In this document: piece after piece, positions 1 through 13,124 of the stretch
Numbering within the stretch: position 1 is the stretch's first letter
Layout of the letters: each line of letters starts with the position of its first letter
Assembly (NCBI GenBank): GCA_951406725.2
Contig: OX597816.1
Coordinates: 14,756,001-14,820,000 of the forward strand
Direction of reading: 5' to 3'
DNA from: Octopus vulgaris
Taxonomy: Eukaryota
DNA: 64,000 nt
Notes under the pieces: model-generated
Seen by the model: the letters and a program-made list of their open reading frames with translations, nothing else
What the model was told of the DNA's origin: nothing
The model's database searches: none
Position numbers and translations under genes: made by a program

Positions 1-183
1 CCTACTTTAAAGTATCTCTGCTACAATGATATGCGACTGCCTAGCTGCTTTTCTGTCTGCGTTAGCTATTATGGTGGGATGGATATAAAACAGTATGATT
101 AGCCCCTTAGCGTTCACATTACTCTGTCAAATGTAACGGATATTGTATGAATATTGTTTGGATTAAGCCTGCATGATTTAATT

Positions 184-591
184 ACTCTTTTACTCTTTTA
201 CTTGTTTCAGTCATTTGACTGTGGCCATGCTGGAGCACCGCCTTTAGTTGAGCAAATCGACCCCGGGACTTATTCTTTGTAAGCCCAGTACTTATTCTAT
301 CGGGCTCTTTTGCCGAACCGCTAAGTGACGGGGATGTAAACACACCAACATCAGTTGTCAAGCAATGCTAGAGGGACAAACACAGACACACAAACACATA
401 CATATATATATATATATATACATATATACGACAGGCTTTTTTCAGTTTCCGTCTACCAAATCCACTCACAAGGCATTGGTCGGCCCGGGGTTATAGCAGA
501 AGACACTTGCCGAAGATGCCACGCAGTGGGACTGAACCCGGAACCATGTGGTTGGTTAGCAAGCTACTTACCACACAGCCACTCCTCCGCC
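184..591 (-). mobile_element. tRNA-derived SINE family A (about 400 bp, internal (TA)/(CA)n, GTAAAAGA tail)
   Basis: A box TGGCTGTGTGG, B box GGTTCAGTCCC. About 20 copies, including 6846-7240(-), 8370-8765(+), 11277-11695(+), 17907-18310(+), 22827-23525(-), 31988-32535(-), 34472-35170(+), 37789-38165(+), 39165-39665(-), 44104-44515(+), 44789-45190(+), 52052-52490(-). Confidence 0.88.
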
Positions 592-1801
592 TAATTGTTT
601 ATTTTTTGAATGACATTGTTGTTGAGTGTGAGAGGCAGGATCAGCCAGTTTAAACCATAAAACAGATCCAATAGCTGAGCTGGGTATGGCTGGTTTAAAT
701 ACTGAAAGGTTAATGAAATAATCTGCTTTTAATAATGGGACACTAAACAGATAAAGATATGAATAACAGTGTGTTAGGCATATCTTTATCTGCTAAAAAT
801 GGGTAAAGAACTGTTTTTCTAAGGCCTTCCGAACTGCTATGTTACAGGGATGTAAACAAACCAACAATGGTTATCAAGTGATGGTGGTGGAACACAAACA
901 CAGACACAAAGACACACACACATACACACACATTTGATGGGCTTATTTCAGTTTCTGTCTACTAAATCCAGTTATAAGGCTTTGGTGAGACCAAGGCTAT
1001 AGTAGAAGGCACTTGTCCAAGGTGCAATGCAGTGGAACTGAACCGAGAACCATGTGGTTGGAAAGCAAACTTCTGACTACACAGCCATTGTGCCTTTGGA
1101 TAGACAAAGCTTTCGTGCGTACCATCCGAGCACCATCCAAGCGTGATCGTTCTCAGAGCAGTTAACTGGCTTCAGTGCCAACGGTACATAAAAAGCACCA
1201 TCGAGTGTGATCGTTACCAGTGTCACCTTACTGGCACTTGTGCTGGTGGCACATGAATAAAAGCATTCAAGCGAGGTCATTGCTAGTGCTGCTGGACTGG
1301 CTCCTGTGCAGGTGGCACGTAAAAAACACCATTTGAGCATGGCCATTGCCAGTACTGCCTGACTGGCCCTCGTGCCAGTGGCACATAAAAGTACCCACTA
1401 CACTCTCGGAGTGGTTGGCATTAGGAAGGGCATCCAGCTGTAGAAACATTGCCAGATCAGATTGGAGCCTGGTGCAAAAATCTGGTTCGCCAGACCTCAG
1501 TCAAATCGTCCAACCCATGCCAGCATGGAAAGCGGACATTAAACGATGATGATGATGATGTGGAACTGAACATCTTTGATGAAGATAAAAGTAAATGGAA
1601 TTTCTAACAGCAGTGTATCTCTATGTGGTTGTTTGATATGCAAGAAATAACAGCTAAACATTCTTCAATACAGGCAGCAGTGGTTTGGAAAAAAGATACA
1701 TTGGGAAATTTGATCCAAAGTTTACTATGCCTAGGAAATTAATATGATAGGTTGGTCATGGCTAGAACCAAAAAGAAAAAAATATATACTAACTAATAAT
1801 T

Positions 1802-2107
1802 GTGGAGGCACATGGCCTAGTGGTTAGAGTAGTGGACTCATGGTCGAGGGATTGCGGGTTCGAATCTCAGACCGGGTGATGTGTGTGTTTATGAGTGAAA
1901 CACCTAAGCTCCACACAGCTCCGGCAGAAGGTAATGGCGAACTTCTGACTCTTTCGCCACAACTTTCTGTCACTCTTTCCTCCTGCATCTTGCTGCTCAC
2001 CTGCAATGGACCGGTGTCCCATCCAGGTGGGGAACCTATACGCCAGGGAAACCAGGAAATCAGCCCTTATGAGCCGGGCATGGCTCAAGAAGAAACAAAC
2101 AAACAAC
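1802..2107 (+). mobile_element. tRNA(Arg)-like SINE family D (V-domain-like core)
   Basis: A box TGGCCTAGTGG, B box GGTTCGAATCT; (AAAC)n tail; copies at 7427-7712(+), 53768-54000(+), 54802-55122(-). Confidence 0.8.
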
Positions 2108-2455
2108 TTATGCAGGGAGATAGGTCTGGAATATCAGGCTTGTCCTTTACAGGTGCCGGTGCCACGTAAAATGCATTGAGTGATGGCACCATGTAAAATG
2201 CACTCACACTGGCGTTGTGTAAACATACCCATGGTGGTGGAACATTCTCTAAAATGCTTGACATTAGGAAGGGCATCTTGCAATAGAAACCATGCCACAA
2301 CAGACAATTTGGAGTCTGGTCAGCTCTTCCCAAACTGTTGTCCAACACATGCCAGCATGGAAAACAGATGTTAAACAATAATGATATATACTGACTGCTA
2401 AGCAAGTCATCTCCGAAATGCCTGCCTGCCTATCTGCCTACCTACCTATCCATCT

Positions 2456-2704
2456 TGTGAAAGGTAAGAGAGTCCAGTTTGCTGGACATTGTTGTAGAGC
2501 TGAAAAAGAGGTAATTTCTACTCTTCTCCTCTGGAAGCCATCTACTCGCAATACCAGAGGGCGCACACTCTCCTACCCTGATGTAATCTCCAGGGATACA
2601 GGCATCCAGCAACAGGACCTCTGTAATGCCATGATGGACCGTGAAGTCTGGTGTAGCATGGTAAATTCCATTGTCTTGACCACGGTCGAACAATGATGAT
2701 GATG
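2456..2704 (+). mobile_element. 5'-truncated RTE-like LINE 3' end (second family) with TSD
   Basis: ORF ...RVQFAGHCCRAEKEVISTLLLWKP...MMDREVW...; (GAT)n tail; TSD ACCTATCCATCT at 2444-2455 and 2705-2716. Confidence 0.8.
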
Positions 2705-3632
2705 ACCTATCCATCTATCTATCTATCTGTCTGTCTGTCTACCTATCTATCTATCTGTCTACCTATCTATCTACCTGTCTACCTATCTATCTACCTGTCT
2801 GTCTACCTATCTATCTATCTACCTACCTATCTATCTGCCTGCCTGCCTGCCTGCCTACCTACCTACCTACCTACCTATCTATCTATCTACCTACCTATCT
2901 ATCGATGTGCCTATCTACCTACCTACCTACCTACCTACCTATCTATCTGTGTGTCAGCTGTCATTTTGATATCAGCTCATAATGTTTGGTTAAAAACTTA
3001 CCTAAATCTGCATTCGTATAAATGTTTTTTTCTCAATTCTCTGTCACAAGAATGATATGTGTCAACATTTTAATATTTATTTACTCTCTTATAGCAAAGA
3101 CCCACACAGCTGCTGTCTTTGTTAGTCTGACAGATTACTATTTTTTCTAAGTTATTACAATATGTCAGCATCACCATAAATGAACATAAAGTTATCTTCT
3201 TCAAACAGAAAAAAGAAAAATAAGTTAATTTACAGTTAATATTTTGTCATTTCTACCAGTGAACTGTGATAGCAGCTGCCGCCCATATATTCCCAATATT
3301 CTTACGTCAGCAATGAAAGTAAGATTCTTCGAGACCGCCGCCTTTGAATGACCATAAATATCAATAGCAATGACGTCTTATAATATATTCAATAGCTTTA
3401 TGTACTTTTATAGAGATTCTCAGCATGAGAACACATTTTTTCGGTGCAGGTGTGGCTGTGTAATAATATTGACAATACGTTTGCTACCCAGCTACATGGC
3501 TCCAGGCTCAGCACTTCTGTGTGGTACTTTGGCAAGTAGCTTCTGCTATAACCCTGGGCCAACAAAAGCCTTGTGAGTGAATTCAGTAGACAAAAACTGA
3601 AAGAGCCTCTTCATATATATATATATATATGG

Positions 3633-3885
3633 ACATCTCCAACTAGCAAGTCATGCTACTCCAGACTGAAGACGAGTAAAATTCAGAAACTAGTCTCTGG
3701 ATGCTGGTTTAGCTGCGTTAGGGGTGCTTATCTCCCCCTTGTAAACATAAGGACACAGGAAATGTGTCAAGGCCGACAGGAAGCAGTGCTGCTTCCTAGG
3801 GCTAAATAGCAGTAGTATTATTCCCTTCATGGGACTGTCACATGAAGTTGGCAGCATGCAACTACATTATCATATCACTACTGCA
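3633..3885 (+). mobile_element. Diverged single copy of the same HHR/retrozyme-like family as the 52.8-kb array
   Basis: Same order of HHR, hairpin gacaca-ggaaa-tgtgtc, hairpin aggaagcag-tg-ctgcttcct and tail stem gcagtagt/actactgc; starts after the (TA)n of a SINE. Confidence 0.75.
3643..3707 (+). ncRNA. Type I hammerhead ribozyme
   Basis: tccaga-CTGAAGA-c-gagt-aaa-attc-a-GAAA-ctag-TC^tctgga; 6-bp stem I, palindromic stem III ACTAGT, GUC site after 3695. Confidence 0.85.
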
Positions 3886-3950
3886 TAAATCTCTCTGAGA
3901 GATTTAGAAATGTATTATTTCTACATACATACATACGTATATACATACAT

Positions 3951-3981
<31 letters not shown>

Positions 3982-4630
3982 TACATACATACCTACATAC
4001 ATGCATGCATGAGTAATTAGTCTGAGTAATTAGTACAGCTCACAGTTCTTTTGTGCTCTGTGCGTATCAGTACGTCAAAGAACAGACCCAACGTTTCTTC
4101 TGAGTGTCATAAAAAGCATGTAAAAGCTGTAAAGGTAGGATTTGTTCTCCAACCTCGTAAAGCCCTCACGAGCAATGACTACCCAAACCGAACCATGGAT
4201 CAGAGAGTTGGTGCCTGAGAGGTGCAAAGGCATCATCCACCAGGAGTAGGGAATCACCAACAAATGGTGGATTCAGAGATATGCAGTAACAGCACATGCC
4301 CCCTACTAATACTACTACTACTGCCGCTATTACAGTTCTCTTGCATGAGAGTATCTCTCAGTTTAAGGACCTCTGCTGGTGTCACACAAAAAGCTTCCAT
4401 GCTGGTGCCACATAAAAAGCACCCAATACACAGTGTAAAGTGGTTGGCATCAGGAAGGACGTCCAGCCGCAGAAACTATACCAAAAACAGACAACTGGAA
4501 CCTGATGAGCTCTCAAGCTTGCCAGCTCCTGCCAAACTGTCCAACCGATGCCAGCATGAAAAGCAAACATTATATGATTATGATGAATGTTAATTTCGGT
4601 GAGAAAACACATGAAAATTTTAAGACTTAC

Positions 4631-4738
4631 TTTTATCATGCAAAACATAGTTTGGGTTACATTAAAAGCATGCCTCCAGTTGTGGTAGGTCACATTTCTG
4701 TAGTTCTTTTTCACACTGAGCAGCCATCGACAGAGAAC
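4631..4738 (-). CDS. PDE11A: PDE11-like exon (catalytic domain: [36 protein letters not shown]); gene continues beyond both window ends
   Basis: TTTTTCAG acceptor, GTAAGT donor, 108 nt phase 0-0; YHNWRHA class I PDE signature. Assignment to PDE11 rather than PDE5/6 is by recalled similarity. Confidence 0.95.
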
Positions 4739-4998
4739 CTGAAAAAAGATAAATTATATAAATATTTTCATACAAGATATCATGTTTACTAGATTTATAC
4801 AAAACTTGCCAAAGGAAATATCTACTGTAGTGATTGATATTGCTTTTTGGTGTGTGGGGGGCAAGGAAGGATTCACCTGTACTCGTGAACAACCATAAAT
4901 ATTAAGAGCAACAATTTTTTATATCCAATAGCATTATATATTTTTATACACATAAGATGATATTTATAATCAGAATATATACATATATTTATAATCTG

Positions 4999-5040
<42 letters not shown>

Positions 5041-5134
5041 ATCCAAACATGAACAAAGAGAAAACACAAAAACGCAAAAACATTGAACAAGAATAATGTT
5101 ATTGGATGCTCAGGAAAGGAAAGAAAGAAAGAGG

Positions 5135-5169
5135 ACTTAACATTTCGAACAGAGCTCTTCATCAGAAAT
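5135..5169 (-). ncRNA. Minimal hammerhead motif in a PLE-like fragment (about 5036-5240) next to (TA)n
   Basis: attt-CTGATGA-a-gagc-tct-gttc-GAAA-tgtt-aagt; weak stems. A related, more decayed copy lies at about 34736-34925. Confidence 0.55.
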
Positions 5170-5252
5170 ATAGAAAAAAGGAAAAGTCCAAGGAAGGGAC
5201 GATGGAGAAAGAAAATTGCCAACAATATGCACGCGGTCACATATGTGTGTGT

Positions 5253-6083
5253 ATCATCATCATCATCATCATCATCGTTTAACGTCCGCTTTCCATGCTA
5301 GCATGGGTTGGACGGTTCAACTGGGGTCTGGGAAGCCCGAAGGCTGCACCAGGCCAGTCAGATGTGGCAGTGTTTCTACAGCTGGATGCCCTTCCTAACG
5401 CCAACCACTCCGAGAGTGTAGTGGGTGATTTTATGTGCCACCGACACAGGTGCCAGACGAGGCTGGCAGACGGCCACGCTCGGATGGTGTTTTTTATGTG
5501 CCACCGACACAGGTGCCAGACGAGGCTGGCAGACGGCCACGCTCGGATGGTGTTTTTTATGTGCCACCGACACAGGTGCCAGACGAGGCTGGCAGACGGC
5601 CACGCTCGGATGGTGTTTTTTATGTGCCACCGACACAGGTGCCAGACGAGGCTGGCAGACGGCCACGCTCGGATGGTGTTTTTTATGTGCCACCGACACA
5701 GGTGCAGACGAGGCTGGCAGACGGCCACGCTCGGATGGTGTTTTTTATGTGCCACCGACACAGGTGCCAGACGAGGCTGGCAGACGGCCACGCTCGGATG
5801 GTGTTTTCTTATGTGTCACCGACACAGGTGCTAGACGAGGCTGGCGGACGGCCACGCTCGGATGGTGTTTGTTACGTGCCCTCAGCACGGAGGCCAGTCA
5901 TTGCGGTACTGGCTACGGTCACGTTCGGATGGTTTTCTTATGTGCCACCGGCACTGGTACCACAAGGATACAAATTCCATTGATGTTCATCTATTTTGAT
6001 TTGGTTCGATTTGATTTGATACGATTCGATTCTCACTTGCCTCAACAGGTCTTCACAAGTGTCACAAGAAGGAAGGTATGCAC
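5253..6083 (-). mobile_element. RTE 3'UTR copy with expanded 63-bp minisatellite (about 7 units)
   Basis: Matches the 3'UTR of the 23.8-kb RTE. Other tail copies at about 1.1-1.56, 12.8, 13.1-13.4, 17.3-17.9, 20.7-21.0, 22.3-22.8, 23.05-23.3, 26.56-26.98, 33.25-33.83, 35.85-36.07, 43.0-43.2 and 54.3-54.47 kb. Confidence 0.88.
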
Positions 6084-6140
6084 AGGTGTGTGTATATATA
6101 TATATATCATCTTGCATATATATATATATATATATCATCT

Positions 6141-6188
<48 letters not shown>

Positions 6189-7741
6189 ACAAAATTTTAT
6201 ATAGAGCTATCCAAGGTTTTGCACCTACAAGGTTTGGCTTTGTGGGGGTGAAACCTTGGGTAAGTCTATATAAAATTTAGTTGTAATAATTACTCCTGTA
6301 TTTTTTAGAGTGTGCTTCTTTCTGATATATATATCAATCATCACCATTTTACATCCACTGTCCATGCTGATATGGTTTAGAAGGTTCAAAAGGATCTGAA
6401 CTGTCTCACTCTTGGCTTCATTTCTACAACTAGATGCCGTTTCCAACAGTACCCACTTTCAAGTATTCTGGGTGTATTTTTCCTGGCACCAGCACTGTTG
6501 AGGTTGCCTTGCCCATAGCAAAACTAAATAGTGCTCCCAAATCCTCTGTTGTCTGCTAGATTTACCAACCCCAGCATGTCTGCAGTCTAATGACTGAAAC
6601 AAGTAAAAGATAAAAGATCTATATTCCTGGACATAAAATATGGAATGGTCATGATTAGAACACCTTTGACCATTCTTCTACTTGAACCCACTGAACTGCC
6701 TTTGAGTACCACAAAGTAAAGCAGTAGACACTCACCTGCATTTACAAAGTAACAAATAGAAAAAAGAAAAAAAAACCTCACATTTCACTGGTAACATTAG
6801 AACCCATTTGATGTCTAAACGAGCCAAATAATTTATTCATTTATCTACTCTTACTCTTTTCTCTTTTACCTGTTTCAGTCATGTAACTGTGGCCATGCTG
6901 GAGCACCGCCTTTAGTCAAGCAAATCGACCCCAGGAATTATTATTTGTAAGCCTAGTACTTATTCTATCAGTCTCTTTTGCTGAACCGCTAAGTTACGGG
7001 AATGTAAACACACCAGCATCAGTTGTCAAGCAATGTTGGGGGGATAAACGCAGACATGCAAACACACACACACATATATATACATATATACAACAGGCTT
7101 CTTTCAGTTTCCGTCTACCAAATCCACTCATAATGATTTAGTAGGCCCGCGGCTATAGTAGAAGACACTTGTCCAAGGTGCCACGCAGTGGGACTGAACC
7201 CAGAACCAAGCTACTTAACACACAGCCACTCCTACGCCTATATATGTATTCATGAGATAAAAGTATTTTATGGTTGTGTTTAACCCCTTCCATACCATAT
7301 TTCTGTTGACACTAAGGCATGTGGGGCAAGAATCTTCTACTGCAGACCAGGACTAACAAATGCCTTTTGTGTGAGTTTGGTAGACATAGAAACTGTGTGG
7401 AAGCCTCTTGTGTGTATGTATGTATGCGGAGGTGCAATGGCCCAGCGGTTAAGCAGCGGACTCATGGTCGGAGGATAGTGGTTTCGATTCCCAGACCAGG
7501 CGTTGTGTGTGTTTATTGAACGAAAACACCTAAAAGCTCCAGGAGGCTCTGGCAAGGGGTGGTGGCAACCCCTGTTGTACTCTTTCGCCCTGTTTCTTGA
7601 GTAATGCTGCAATGGACTGAAGTCCTGTCTAGCTGGGGGAACACATACGCCATAGAAACCAAGCCCATTGGCCTGGCTAGGCTTGAAAAGGGCGCATAAA
7701 TAATAAAAAAAATGTATGTATGTAGGTATCTGTCTGTCTGT

Positions 7742-7797
<56 letters not shown>

Positions 7798-9338
7798 ACA
7801 CATACATAAATATATGTAACAAGCCAAAACATATATAACGTAGCTTCAATTTATTTTGAAAATAATAAAGAATTGTCGAATAACTTATTATTATGTTTGG
7901 TGCTGGTGGTACATAAAAAGCACCATATGGGCATGGCTGATGCCAGTGCCGCCTGACTGGCACATAAAGAGCATCATTTGGGTATGGCCAATTCCAGTAC
8001 CACCTGAATGGCTCCTGTTCCAGTGGCACATAAAATGCACCCACTACACTCTTGGAGTGATTGGCATTAGGAAAGGCATCCAGCTGTAGAAACATTGCCA
8101 GACTGGTTTGGAGACTGGTGCAGCCTCCCAGTTTGCCAGTTCTCAGTCAAAACATCCAACCCATACCAGCTTGGAAAGTAGATACTAAAGGATGGTGATG
8201 ATACACACATATATTAAGCTCTCAGAGTGTTTGGCATTAGGAAGGGCATTCAGCCATAGAAACCAAGCCAAATCTGACTGGAGTCTGCTGCAGCCCATCA
8301 GCTGACCAGCTCTGGTCAAACCATCCAGCCCATGCCAGTATGGACAACAAACGTTAAATAATGATGATATGTGTGTGTGGTAAAAAGCTTGCTTCCCAAC
8401 CACATGGCTCCGGGTTCAGTCTCATTGCATGGCACCTTGAGCAAGTGTCTGCTACTACAGCTTTGGGCTGACCGAAGCGTTGAGTGGATTTGGTAGACAG
8501 AAACTGAAAGAAGCCCATCATATATATGTGTGTGTGTGTGTGTGTACGTATTTATTTGTGTGTCTGTGTTTGTCCCTCCATCATCACTTGACAACCAACG
8601 TTGGTGTGTTTATGTCTCTGTAAATTAGTGGTTTGGCAAAAGTGACCGATAGAATAAGTACTAGGTTTACAAAGAATAAGTCCTGAGGTCGATTTGTTCG
8701 ACTAAAGGCAGTGCTCCAGCATGGCCATGATGAAAATGACTGAAACAAGTAAAACAATGAAAGAATACAGTGAGAGATAACTAGAGGGAGACAGACAGTG
8801 CTTCCACACACTTTCTGTCTCTCAAGTCCATACACAAGACACCGGTTAGCCGGGGGCTATAGCAGAAGATGCTTGCCCCACATGCTGCACAGTGGAATTG
8901 AACCCAAACCACACGGTTGCAAAGCAAGCTTCTTAACCACACAGCCAAGCCCACACTTACAGCAGTGAACTTTCTAGTGTTGAAGTCATTACAAAGCATT
9001 TCATATCATTTCGCTTGCCAAACAAACAAAGGCTATTAAGAGAAATCCAGTCATGAAAACTGAAAAACATTTTACAATTTTACAAACTGCTGCAGTGAAA
9101 TAGGTAAGAGGAGGTAATTAGAATGTAAGTGGTGCAACAGACTGTACAAGTGTGGCGGGGGGGGGGGGGAGCAGGAAGTAAACAGCTAATTTATATTCGT
9201 GCCAATATGCCAAAAAAAAAATATATATATATTTATATAAATTCTTAATTATATAAAATAAGGAAAGTTGCCACAGGATGCTGAAGGTATTTTCAGAGTT
9301 AAGTATATTACTATTATTATTATTGTTGTTGATGTACA

Positions 9339-11265
9339 AGGCGGCGAGCTGGCAGAAATGTTAGCATGCCAGGCGAAATACTTAGCGGTATGTCATCTAT
9401 CGCTACGTTCTGAGTTCAAATTCCGCCGTGGTCGACTTTGCTTCTTAATATTTTCGGGGTCGATAAATTAAGTACCAGTTGCGTACTGGGGTCAATCTAA
9501 TCGACTGCCTCCCTCCTCCAAAATTTCGGTCCTTGTGCTTGGAGTAGGAACAATTATTATTGTTGTTGTACAAGGCAGCAAGCTGGCAGAAATGTTAGCA
9601 CACGAGGCTAATGTTCTGAGTTCAAATTCTGCCAAGGTTGACTTTGCTTTTCATCCTTTCGGGGTCGATAAATTAAGTACCAGTTGCGTACTGGGGTCGA
9701 TCCAATTGACGGCCCCCCTCCCCTCCCCCAAAATTTCAGGCCTCGTGCCTAGAGTAGGAACAATTATTATTGTTGTTTTACAAGGCAGCAAGCTGGCAGA
9801 AATGTTAGCACGCGAGGCTAATGTTCTGAGTTCAAATTCTGCTAAGGTTGACTTTGCTTTTGCATCCTTTCGGGGTCGATAAATTAAGTACCAGTTGCGT
9901 ACTGGGGTCAATTCAATTGACTGCCCCCCCAAAAAAAAATTTCGGTCCTTGTGCCTAGAGTAGGAATGATTATTATTGTTGTTGTACAAAATGGCAGGCT
10001 GGCAGAATTGTTAGCAAGCCAGGCGAAATGCTTAGCAGTATTTCGCCCATCGCTACGTTCTGAGTTCAAATTCCGCCAAGGTCAACTTTGCCTCTCATTC
10101 TTTCAGGATCAATAAATTAAGTACCAGTTGCATACTGGGATTGACATAATTGACTAATTCCCTCACCCAAAATTTCAGGCCTTGTGCCTGATAGAAAACA
10201 TTATTATTATTGTTGTTGTCGTAGTTTGTAATTACTATCACCAAGGGGCAAGCTGGCAGAACTGTTAGCATGCTGAGCGAAAAGCTTTATGGTATTTCGT
10301 CTGCCACTATTACCCCAAGGTCAACTTTGCCTATCATCCTTTCAGGGTTGGTTAAATAAGTACCAATTACACACTGGGGTCAATGTGATCGACTTAACCC
10401 ACTCCTCGCAAATTTCAGGCCTGGGGCCTATAATAGAAATGATGATTATTATTATTATTATTATTATTATTATTGTTGTTGTTGTACTTCTTCTTGGTGG
10501 TGAGTTGGCTGAATTGTTAGCACATGGGAAAAAATGCTTAGCAGCATTCTGTCCATCTTCACATTCTGAGTTCAAATTTTACCAAGGTCAACTTTGCCCT
10601 TTATCCTTTCAGGGTTGATATTTGAAGTACCAGTGAAACTCTGGGGATGGTGTAATTGACTAATTCCCACCCCAAAATTTCAGGCCTTGTGCCTTTAGTA
10701 GAAAGGATTATTATTATTATTATTATTATTATTATCATTACTATTATTACTACTACTACTACTACTACTACTACTGAAGGTGGCAAACAGACAGAATCAT
10801 TAGCGCACTGGATGAAATGCTTAGCGATATTTCATCTGCCACTATATTCTGCAATTAAATGCCACCAAGGTTAACTTTGCCATGCATCCTTTCACACTTG
10901 ATAAATTAAGTACCCGTAAAATACAGGGGTCAATGTAATCAACTCATCACCTCCCCACAAAATTGGCTACCCTTGAGGCAAAATTTGAAACCATTATTAT
11001 TATTATTATTATTATTATTACTACTACTACTACTATGTGAAGGTGGAAAGCTGGCAGAATCGTTAGCATGCTGGACGAAATGCCTAGTGGTATTTCACCC
11101 ATCCCTACATTCTGAGTTCAAATTCTGCTGAGGTTGACTTTACCTTTCATCCTTTCAGGGTCAATAAAACCAGTTAAACATTGGGATTGATGTAATCGAC
11201 ACATACCCACCTCCCTCAAACTGCGCTTGAGGTAAAAATTTAAAATAATGATTATTATTATTATT
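9339..11265 (+). mobile_element. Cluster of about 8 head-to-tail SINE family B copies (tRNA-like head + Nin/Deu-like core) separated by (ATT)n
   Basis: Repeated 'ggcgagctggcagaa...gagttcaaattccgcc...gactttgcctttcatcctttcggggtcgataaattaagtaccag'. The Nin-domain resemblance is from memory. Confidence 0.82.
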
Positions 11266-11740
11266 TAAAATCAAATGTGCGGGAGTGGCTGTGTGGTAAG
11301 TAGCTTGCTTACCAACCACATGGTTCTGGGTTCAGTCCCACTGCGTGGCACCTTGGGTAAATGTCTTCTACTATAGTCTCGAACAGACTAAAGCCTTATG
11401 AGTGGATTTGGTAGACAGAGACTGAAAGAAGCCTGTCATATATATGTATATGTATATATATATATATGTGTGTGTATATGTTTGTGTACCTGTATTTGCC
11501 ACCCCACTCCATCCACATCGCTTGACAAATGATGGTGTGTTTACATCCCCGTAATTTAGTGGTTCAGCAAAAGAGACCGATAGAATAAGCACTAGGCTTA
11601 CAAAGAATAAGTCCTGGGGTCAATTTGCTCGATCGACTAAAGGTGGTGCTCCAGCATGGCCGCAGTCAAATGACTGAAACAAGTAAAAGAGTAATAAAAC
11701 AACTATATATAACTTTGTCAGTTTTATTACTACACTCAAA

Positions 11741-12112
11741 TCTTCTCTCTATATATAAACGGCAGTTTGTCTGTGTGTGTTCCTGTGTGTCTGTTAGGTT
11801 GTACCCTCACCCTGACCACGGCTTTCAACCGATTCTGATGAAACTTGACACACACATAGCCCAATGTCATAATTCAAAACTAACGCAGCGAAAATTTTGA
11901 AAAGTTCCCCCAGTTCTGAAAAAAATCGATAAATTCGACATGGGGTCGAGAATCAGAAACACAAACCAGACTGTCTAGGGGGCGCGACTCGACCTTTTTA
12001 ACTAAAAAAAAATTTACCATCATTTTTTCCCCATTTTTTGGCTATAACTCTCTAAAAATGCTTTATAGTTATTTCCCTTACAAACCTGAGCAACGCCGGG
12101 CGATACTGCTAG
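11741..12112 (+). mobile_element. Non-autonomous Helitron
   Basis: A|TC... 5' end, subterminal hairpin cctgagcaacgccggg, CTAG|T 3' end, no TSD. Confidence 0.75.
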
Positions 12113-13054
12113 TGAACAATAAAATAACTGACGAATGGACAGAAGCCGTTTCTCTTTTCAGTTTTTGGTGAAGCTGTACTGTGATGGCGCCAGAAATCAC
12201 ATCAAAACAAAACAAGGAATGTTTACACACCAGAACAGCAGTTGGCATGAATACTACATGTTTATGTATAGTGAAAGGCCAGACAAGCCGTCGACCAATG
12301 CATTTAATTCATCGAGTGTGTCAAGGTTTAAAAATGAGGCGGTTGTTTATTAGTAAACATATGGTGTATTAGTACAACTGGGAGGGAAGAATTACTTTAT
12401 GTGTGTTAGTCTTTAACATAGCAGTCTCTTGAATGTGAGTGCATGCGTGTGTGCATGAGTATGTGTGTATGTGTGTGTGCATGCGTGTGTGCATGCGTGT
12501 GTGCATTTGTGTGCATGCATGTGTGTGTGCATCTGTGTATGCATCTGTGTGTACATGCATGTATGCATCTGTGTGTGCATGCATTTGTGCATGAGTGTAT
12601 GTGCATGCAAGCATGTGTGCATATGCATGTGTGCATATGTGTGTGCATGTGTGTACATGCATGTGTGCATGTGTGCATCTGTGTGTGTGCATGTGTGTGT
12701 GTGTGTGTGTGTGTATTATCATCCTTTTAATGTTCACTCTTCCATGCTCACATGTGTTGGGTAGAATCTGTTGATTCTTCACCGCCTGACTGGCCCTCAT
12801 GTCGGTGGCACGTAAAAGCACCCACTACACTCTCGGAGTGGTTGGCATTAGGAAGGGCATCCAACTGTAGAAACTCTGCCAGATCAGATTGGAGCCTGGT
12901 GCAGCCATCAGGTTTGCCAGTCCTCAGTCAAATCATCCAACCCATGAGCAAGGTAATATTTCCCCATAACAAGATATGTTTATATGGAAGATTGGGAACA
13001 CAGAACACTGCTTGCATGGCAGTGACGTTCATTTACTCCTATCACATGATAGGA

Positions 13055-13090
13055 GAACCTGGGTTCTCATTCCTAAGGTATTTTTCGATG

Positions 13091-13124
<34 letters not shown>

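Noticed and set aside
1-4630. Next PDE exon (HDLDHRG motif), and an upstream exon in 55783-64000
   Set aside because: No matching frame found by eye; presumed outside the window.
5425-5880. CRISPR-like appearance of regular repeats (also 15189-15990, 56050-58580)
   Set aside because: Units are contiguous with no unique spacers; the context is eukaryotic with no cas genes.
5279-6189. Overlapping 107-254 aa ORFs (also 33292-33865)
   Set aside because: By-products of the 63-bp minisatellite in the RTE 3'UTR.
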